This document shows positions 59,196-64,000 of a DNA stretch of 64,000 bases, one piece after another. Source of the stretch: Fimbriimonadales bacterium (GTDB taxonomy: Bacteria; Armatimonadota; Fimbriimonadia; Fimbriimonadales; JABRVX01); NCBI GenBank assembly GCA_045862955.1, contig BTVI01000016.1, forward strand, positions 11,433 through 75,432, given 5' to 3'. The notes beneath the pieces are model-generated. The model searched no databases, had not been told where the DNA came from, and saw only the letters and a list, made by a program, of their open reading frames with translations. Within the stretch, counting starts at the first letter, position 1, and each line of letters opens with the position of its first letter. The translations under genes and the position numbers were made by a program.

Positions 59196-60377
59196 TCAGC
59201 GTCCTCCGACGATCGCCGCGGCCTCCTCTGTAATGTCGATCCCGACCGGGCACCATACGATGCACCGACCGCATCCCACACACCCGAAAGATCCGAACTG
59301 ATCCTGCCAAGTCGAGAGCTTGTGCATCAGCCACTGCCGATAGCGCGAGGCAACGGAATCACGCACATGTCCTCCATGAATATACGAGAACTCCCTGCTG
59401 AAACACGAGTCCCAAAGACGTCTGCGCTCCGCATTCTCGTTGGTCAGGTCGCTGTGGTCTTCAATCGTCATGCAGAAGCAAGTAGGGCACACCATCGTGC
59501 AGTTGCCGCACGAGAGGCATCGCTTGGCAACCTGCGACCATCGGGGATGCTCGTGCTGTTGCGCGAGCTTCTCTGCCAGGCCGTGTGTGTTCAGAGCACG
59601 TCCCATCTGCTGGGCGGCTCTGGCAACCTCCGCATCTGCGGCCTCGCGCTCGCCCTCGTCGGCCGGCCGGGTGGGAAGCTCTTCGAGAACTTTTCGACCC
59701 TGGTCACTCCCGGCTTCGAGCACGAAGTAGTGGTGATCGCTATCGAGGACCTCGGTCATGGCCAAGTCGAACCCGCTAGCCGCCTTGGGGCCCGTGTCCA
59801 TAGACACGCAGAAGCAGCAGCCTCTGGCCTCGCTGCAGTTCACCGCTATGATTAGTGAGTTCTGGCGCCGGGCGCGGTAGCGTTCGTCGGCATAGGGCCC
59901 CTCGAGCATTACGCGGTCCATGATGCGGATGCCGGCGACGTCGCATGAGCGGACACCGAGGAATGCATACTTCTCCGTCTGTAGCGGCTCGGGGGTGATG
60001 GCGATCCGTCCGTTCTCCCTGCGAATCCGCATCAGAGTCGTCACCGGCGGGTTAAGGAAGCGCTTCCACGAGTGTTGCCCAACTACGTAGCCGAACAGCC
60101 GCTGATCAGACCGCTTCTTCACCCGGTAACTACCAGGCGCCTGTACGTCCGTCCAGCCGGCGGGAAGGTCGCTCACGCTGGTGATGCGATCGATGGTGAT
60201 GGTTCCGTCCTGCAGGACCGGCCCAAGGACCTGATAGCCGTGCCTCGCCAGTGTATCGAACAGCGAATGGAAGTCGGAGCGGTCTAACACCACGGCATCG
60301 CGAGCGTGCCCGTGCACCGACTGCTGCGCGGAGGAACTGCTCTTTGGGCGAGGTGTGCGGCTAAGGTCTCTGCTCAT
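59196..60377 (-). CDS. hydB: Group 3b hydrogenase 4Fe-4S (beta) subunit
   Basis: GVRSCD, CFCVSM, CLSCGNCTMVCPTCFC, CVGCGRCIVWCPVGID. Confidence 0.92.
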   Translation of the reverse strand: MSRDLSRTPRPKSSSSAQQSVHGHARDAVVLDRSDFHSLFDTLARHGYQVLGPVLQDGTITIDRITSVSDLPAGWTDVQAPGSYRVKKRSDQRLFGYVVGQHSWKRFLNPPVTTLMRIRRENGRIAITPEPLQTEKYAFLGVRSCDVAGIRIMDRVMLEGPYADERYRARRQNSLIIAVNCSEARGCCFCVSMDTGPKAASGFDLAMTEVLDSDHHYFVLEAGSDQGRKVLEELPTRPADEGEREAADAEVARAAQQMGRALNTHGLAEKLAQQHEHPRWSQVAKRCLSCGNCTMVCPTCFCMTIEDHSDLTNENAERRRLWDSCFSREFSYIHGGHVRDSVASRYRQWLMHKLSTWQDQFGSFGCVGCGRCIVWCPVGIDITEEAAAIVGGR

Positions 60378-60465
60378 GACACTCCCGGGCGGACTCCTCG
60401 AGCCGTTGCAGTGAGTGACAGTTTCAGTCGGTTCCGGGAGCGCCCAGTGGTAAGGTACCGCCTTC

Positions 60466-60479
60466 GCGTAATATTACGC
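60466..60479. promoter_or_regulatory. Perfect 14-bp palindrome upstream of the hydrogenase operon, candidate operator
   Basis: GCGTAATATTACGC is its own reverse complement; about 90 bp upstream of hydB. Confidence 0.5.
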
Positions 60480-60661
60480 AAGCCGGTCGGGGGGTCCGAC
60501 CCGGTACCAAATGCGGGCACAAAGACGTAAGCCTACCCACACAACGGACCCTCCCGTGAACCGGGTCGTCAGCCTCCGACCGGCACAATCTGACGTACGT
60601 ATCGGTGCTGTGAACTCGAGCCGCGGGCCTGCGTGAGGCCCCGACCAGCGCGCAGCCCGCT

Positions 60662-60859
60662 TTACTTGACCTCGGGGACCTTGAGCGACTTGAACGTCTC
60701 CTCGTTGATGAACTTGAAAAGCTTGGTCCCGTCCACCGTGGCAGTCACGGCATAGCGGACCTGCTTGCCTTTGGAGGTCTTGCGCTCCATCTTCTGCTTC
60801 TTGATGTCCTTCTCGGCCACCTCGACGGGCTGCCGCGTCTTCACATTGTAGAACTGCAT
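60662..60859 (-). CDS. Small lysine-rich protein (65 aa), putative nucleic-acid binder
   Basis: RBS GAGGA before ATG; G/C-ending codons throughout; MQFYNVKTRQ...ERKTSKGKQVRYAVTA. Confidence 0.8.
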   Translation of the reverse strand: MQFYNVKTRQPVEVAEKDIKKQKMERKTSKGKQVRYAVTATVDGTKLFKFINEETFKSLKVPEVK

Positions 60860-61025
60860 TGTATCCTCACTCTCCACCATTTTGGCTCTTCGGGCAGTCA
60901 GGGTCGGCCCCGATCCGTGGAGCCCGGGTCAGGATGAATTTGACTTCGCGTTCCTTCCGCACCCTCCTGCCGGATTCCTTCCTGCACCTGGGCGTTTTTT
61001 GGGTATGCAGAAAGGTTCTTTGATC

Positions 61026-62789
61026 CTACCGCTTCAGCCAGCCGTCCAGGATGCGCTGCTGGAGCGGAGTAGGATTGGGGGAGAGCGCGAGCGTAGTGCC
61101 GGAGGCAGAGCGCGAGCCCATGGTGCCGGTCAGGGACAGCTTCTGGCTTCGCCGCAGCGCCGAGATAACGACCTCATCACCCGACCCGATGCCGGCCAGC
61201 GGGTCAGCGCTGCCCCGAGCATCCGTGCCATTCACCGAGACGATGAAGTCTCCCGGCTGGAGCCCCATCGACTCGGCCATAGAGTTCGGGCTGACTTCCT
61301 GCACCCGTGGGTAGGCCTGAGCACCCGCCAGCACAAGAGTCAAGCCGGACTCGCCCTGCTCGCCCCCGCCGTAACGCAACCCCGCTGCGGTAAACACTTC
61401 GCTGTAGGGTAGCTCTTCGGTCGTGCGCGCCAGCCGCGTGTAGAGAGGTGTAAAGTCCAGCCCCGTGACTTCGTTGATCGCGACGAGGATGCCGTCCTCG
61501 TCGTAACCCGGCTTGGGCGGCGCGTGCTTCTTGAGCATGTGCCGCATCACGTCATCCAGCGACTTCTCCCCGGCGGTCCGGGTACGGATGGACAGATCGA
61601 GTAGCAGGCCAATCAGGAAACCCTTGTTGTAGTAACTCAGGTTGCCGTAGCCTTGGCTGCCGCCCTCCCAAGCCCGCCGGCTGGCTTCCTCAGCCGAGTA
61701 CTTCAGTCTGTCACTGCTGTTCTGTAGGGTCTCGATCTGGTTCGTGATGGTCCGCAGCCACTGCTCGCGGTCGATCATGCCTGCTCGATACAGCGTCAGG
61801 TCGCCGTAGTAGCTGGTCACGCCCTCGGCGAACCAAAGGTTTCCTGTCCGCTGGGGCCCCGTGTAGTCGAACGGGCCGAGCAGCTTGGGCCGAATCCGCT
61901 TCACGTTCCACAGATGAAAGAACTCGTGCGAGGCGAGCCAGCGAATGTCGAGGTCCGCGCTATTCTGCACATTGAGCGTGGTCGAGGCCCTATGCTCCAG
62001 CCCCCCGCCGAAGCTCCCGGTGTCTAGATGGATGTTCCAGAAGTACCGCTTCATGGGAGCCCCACCGAACATCGCGATCTGGGTCTCGGCGATCAGCTTC
62101 AGCTCGGAGACGATCTTCTCGGCGTTGGGCCGCATCTCGCCCCGATACGTGAACGTCACGAACATCGGCACCCCCGCGGCCTCGAAGTCCACGCGCTTGA
62201 AGTGTCCGAGTTCGAACGGACTGTCCACCAGTTCGTCGTAATCTTGCGCCACGAACTCACCCTCGCGCCCCCCTTCGTCGAGCGCAGTGGCAATGTTCCA
62301 TCCGCTGGGAAGGTCGAATCGGATGGACACGGGCTCTTGCGTCCGACCCGTCGGGTACATGCACAGCGAGGCGGGGTTGACGAAGCCATTCCGCTCGCTT
62401 AGATGGGAGCCGAAGAATCCGAATCCGGCGTCGTTCCCGCGCACTTGGTACTCCACCACCACCCCCGACGCGCCCCGGTTCTCCACCCTCCAGACCCGGT
62501 CGCCCTCCTCGTCCACCTGCAGCCTCACGCCCGAGGCCGTCTTGGCAGAAACGCGTCGGATGTTCTTGTGGTACTCGGTCAGCACATACCAGCCGGGGCA
62601 CCATGCCGGGATGCGCACCTCCAACGGCGAGCTGTGCACGTCGCGCACGCTCATAGACACGTGATAGCTCCTCGCGCCCACGTCTGGCGTTACGACGTAC
62701 GAGACCGCGGGCTGCCGCCCAGCTAGTGCGGCACACAGCGTGAGCAGAGCGAGAACGAGCGAGACGATCGTCCGGCGAACTGGGACCAT
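61026..62789 (-). CDS. M61 family (glycyl aminopeptidase-like) metallopeptidase with PDZ domain
   Basis: Signal peptide, PAWCPG, YDELVDSP, GGGLEH, HEFFHLWNVKR, WFAEGVTSYY, SYYNKG. Confidence 0.93.
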   Translation of the reverse strand: MVPVRRTIVSLVLALLTLCAALAGRQPAVSYVVTPDVGARSYHVSMSVRDVHSSPLEVRIPAWCPGWYVLTEYHKNIRRVSAKTASGVRLQVDEEGDRVWRVENRGASGVVVEYQVRGNDAGFGFFGSHLSERNGFVNPASLCMYPTGRTQEPVSIRFDLPSGWNIATALDEGGREGEFVAQDYDELVDSPFELGHFKRVDFEAAGVPMFVTFTYRGEMRPNAEKIVSELKLIAETQIAMFGGAPMKRYFWNIHLDTGSFGGGLEHRASTTLNVQNSADLDIRWLASHEFFHLWNVKRIRPKLLGPFDYTGPQRTGNLWFAEGVTSYYGDLTLYRAGMIDREQWLRTITNQIETLQNSSDRLKYSAEEASRRAWEGGSQGYGNLSYYNKGFLIGLLLDLSIRTRTAGEKSLDDVMRHMLKKHAPPKPGYDEDGILVAINEVTGLDFTPLYTRLARTTEELPYSEVFTAAGLRYGGGEQGESGLTLVLAGAQAYPRVQEVSPNSMAESMGLQPGDFIVSVNGTDARGSADPLAGIGSGDEVVISALRRSQKLSLTGTMGSRSASGTTLALSPNPTPLQQRILDGWLKR

Positions 62790-62897
62790 TCGAACTCCAA
62801 CGTGTTCCGCCGAGGGCGCGGTTGCACTTCATGCTACACTACGAGCGTGGATGCCGTCGAGTCGTCCCACCGTCGGCCCTTTGTTCAGACGGTTCCC

Positions 62898-63299
62898 ATG
62901 CCGCGTAAGCGCTTGGTGGCCGAGATAGCGGTGCTCATTCTCTGTGGGGGCATGCTGCTCGTTGCCGCGCTGCTGACGCCTTCTCCTGCCGGGACCGGGA
63001 CGCACACGCAGCTCGGCATGCCGCCCTGCGGCTTCCTGGTCGTCTACCACAAGCCATGTCCCTCGTGCGGCCTGACCACCGCGTTCAGTAACATGGCGAG
63101 GGGGAACGTCATCGCAGCGTTTCGGGCGCATCCGGCTGGGCCGGTCGCCTTTCTGTACGCCGTGGGCTGCGGCCTCGTCAGCCTCTACTCGGTGGCCACT
63201 GGGCGAAGGTTGGTCTTCCGCGACGAGTGGGCTGTGAAGTCCTTCGTCATCGTGGCGGGCGGGGTGATGGTCGTGGGGGCGGTGCGGCTCTTCTTCTAG
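62898..63299 (+). CDS. DUF2752-like membrane protein
   Basis: HTQLGMPPC...PCPSCGLTTAF...AFRAHPAG. Confidence 0.82.
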   Translation: MPRKRLVAEIAVLILCGGMLLVAALLTPSPAGTGTHTQLGMPPCGFLVVYHKPCPSCGLTTAFSNMARGNVIAAFRAHPAGPVAFLYAVGCGLVSLYSVATGRRLVFRDEWAVKSFVIVAGGVMVVGAVRLFF

Positions 63300-63300
63300 C

Positions 63301-63624
63301 CTAAGCGACGGGCAGAGGGTTCCATCCCGTGGCGAACCAAGTTACCCACAGAACCAGGTAGCTCACGATCCCCACGCGCACCCATTTTCGGACGAACTTC
63401 TCGTCGCGCCGCCGGTACCATTCGCAGCCCGTCGCTGCCGCCAGCAGCGTGAGCGCTTTGACCCCAGCGAAGGTTGCCCAGTGGTGGTCGAGAAGCGGAG
63501 CCATCAGCGGGTTCAGCTCGCGACACATGCCGGAGCCAACCAGTAGGATGGTGGCTACCATGTCCGCGAGGCCGATGGCCAGCAGAATCAGAGTCTCCGG
63601 AAGCGGTCGCGTGAAGGCCTTCAT
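63301..63624 (-). CDS. DUF5658-like small membrane protein
   Basis: D..AT...G...ELNPLM...K motif with three hydrophobic segments. Confidence 0.75.
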   Translation of the reverse strand: MKAFTRPLPETLILLAIGLADMVATILLVGSGMCRELNPLMAPLLDHHWATFAGVKALTLLAAATGCEWYRRRDEKFVRKWVRVGIVSYLVLWVTWFATGWNPLPVA

Positions 63625-63731
63625 CCCGTCCGGAGCGGTGCAATCTCCGTGCCGATTGTCCCGACTCTTTTCCCTGGCTGCTCGCCTGCTTGCCCAGCGG
63701 GCAAGCGCGGAAACGCCGGAGAGCCGGTTCC

Positions 63732-63982
63732 ATGCCTAGAAGTTCGGCTGCTTGGGACGGTCTAGGGCGGAAGGTTTCTGATGCCTAGACGTTTCGGCTG
63801 CTGACCGCACCAAACCGTACGTCCATCACCAACCGGGCAGCCGAAACATCGAGGCATGGAAGCCCCGACCCCTCCCCTTGGAGCGAAGCGGAAGGGGGAG
63901 GGTCTGCGAAGCTGGGGTGGGGGTCGCATGCCGGCGCTTCTGTTGGCGCGCACCGTCTGTGCCTCGACGTTCGGCTGCTGGG
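63732..63982. repeat. Intergenic repeat island: family-C arms at 63732 and about 63960, a full 77-nt family-C cassette (63781-63857) and a CCCTCCCC/GGGGAGGG hairpin (about 63866-63904)
   Basis: ATGCCTAGACGTTTCGGCTG is identical to 19665-19684; partner arm CAGCCGAAACATCGAGGCAT. Confidence 0.82.
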
Positions 63983-64000
63983 GATGGTCTTGAGCGGAAG

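Noticed and set aside
60556..60600. Small SRP RNA (GTGAACCGGGTC)
   Set aside because: Not followed by the conserved AGG..GGAA..AGCAGC helix-8 motif.

Overview
GC-rich bacterial chromosome segment, densely coding. The gene mix (PEP-CTERM and dockerin-like secreted proteins, proteasomal ARC ATPase, YabN-type MazG, sigma-28) suggests Armatimonadota; this is inference, not a database result. Housekeeping content: priA-def-fmt, a nucleoside/sugar ABC transporter, a fliA/whiG cassette, prsA-mazG, ppdK-queG, rpmG, mnmA, metY, yebC, two S41 proteases, folB/panC, rnc, RNase HI, rpoZ-dnaJ-prmA-rsmE, mfd-pdhAB and a group 3b-type [NiFe] hydrogenase operon. I saw no rRNA, tRNA, transposase or cas gene. 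The most interesting signal is non-coding: six intergenic islands carry several families of REP-like elements with conserved arms, variable cores and strikingly fixed lengths. One 27-nt palindrome always recurs at a 78-bp period, both in inverted doublets with unrelated spacers and in a 6-copy tandem array whose minus-strand frame is open and enriched in synonymous changes; two other families form 70-71 nt and 77 nt cassettes. Other highlights: a candidate structured RNA upstream of the sigma-28 operon, an active plus catalytically dead S41 pair, an isolated ARC ATPase lacking the HbYX tyrosine, and a small basic protein resembling archaeal chromatin protein CC1.
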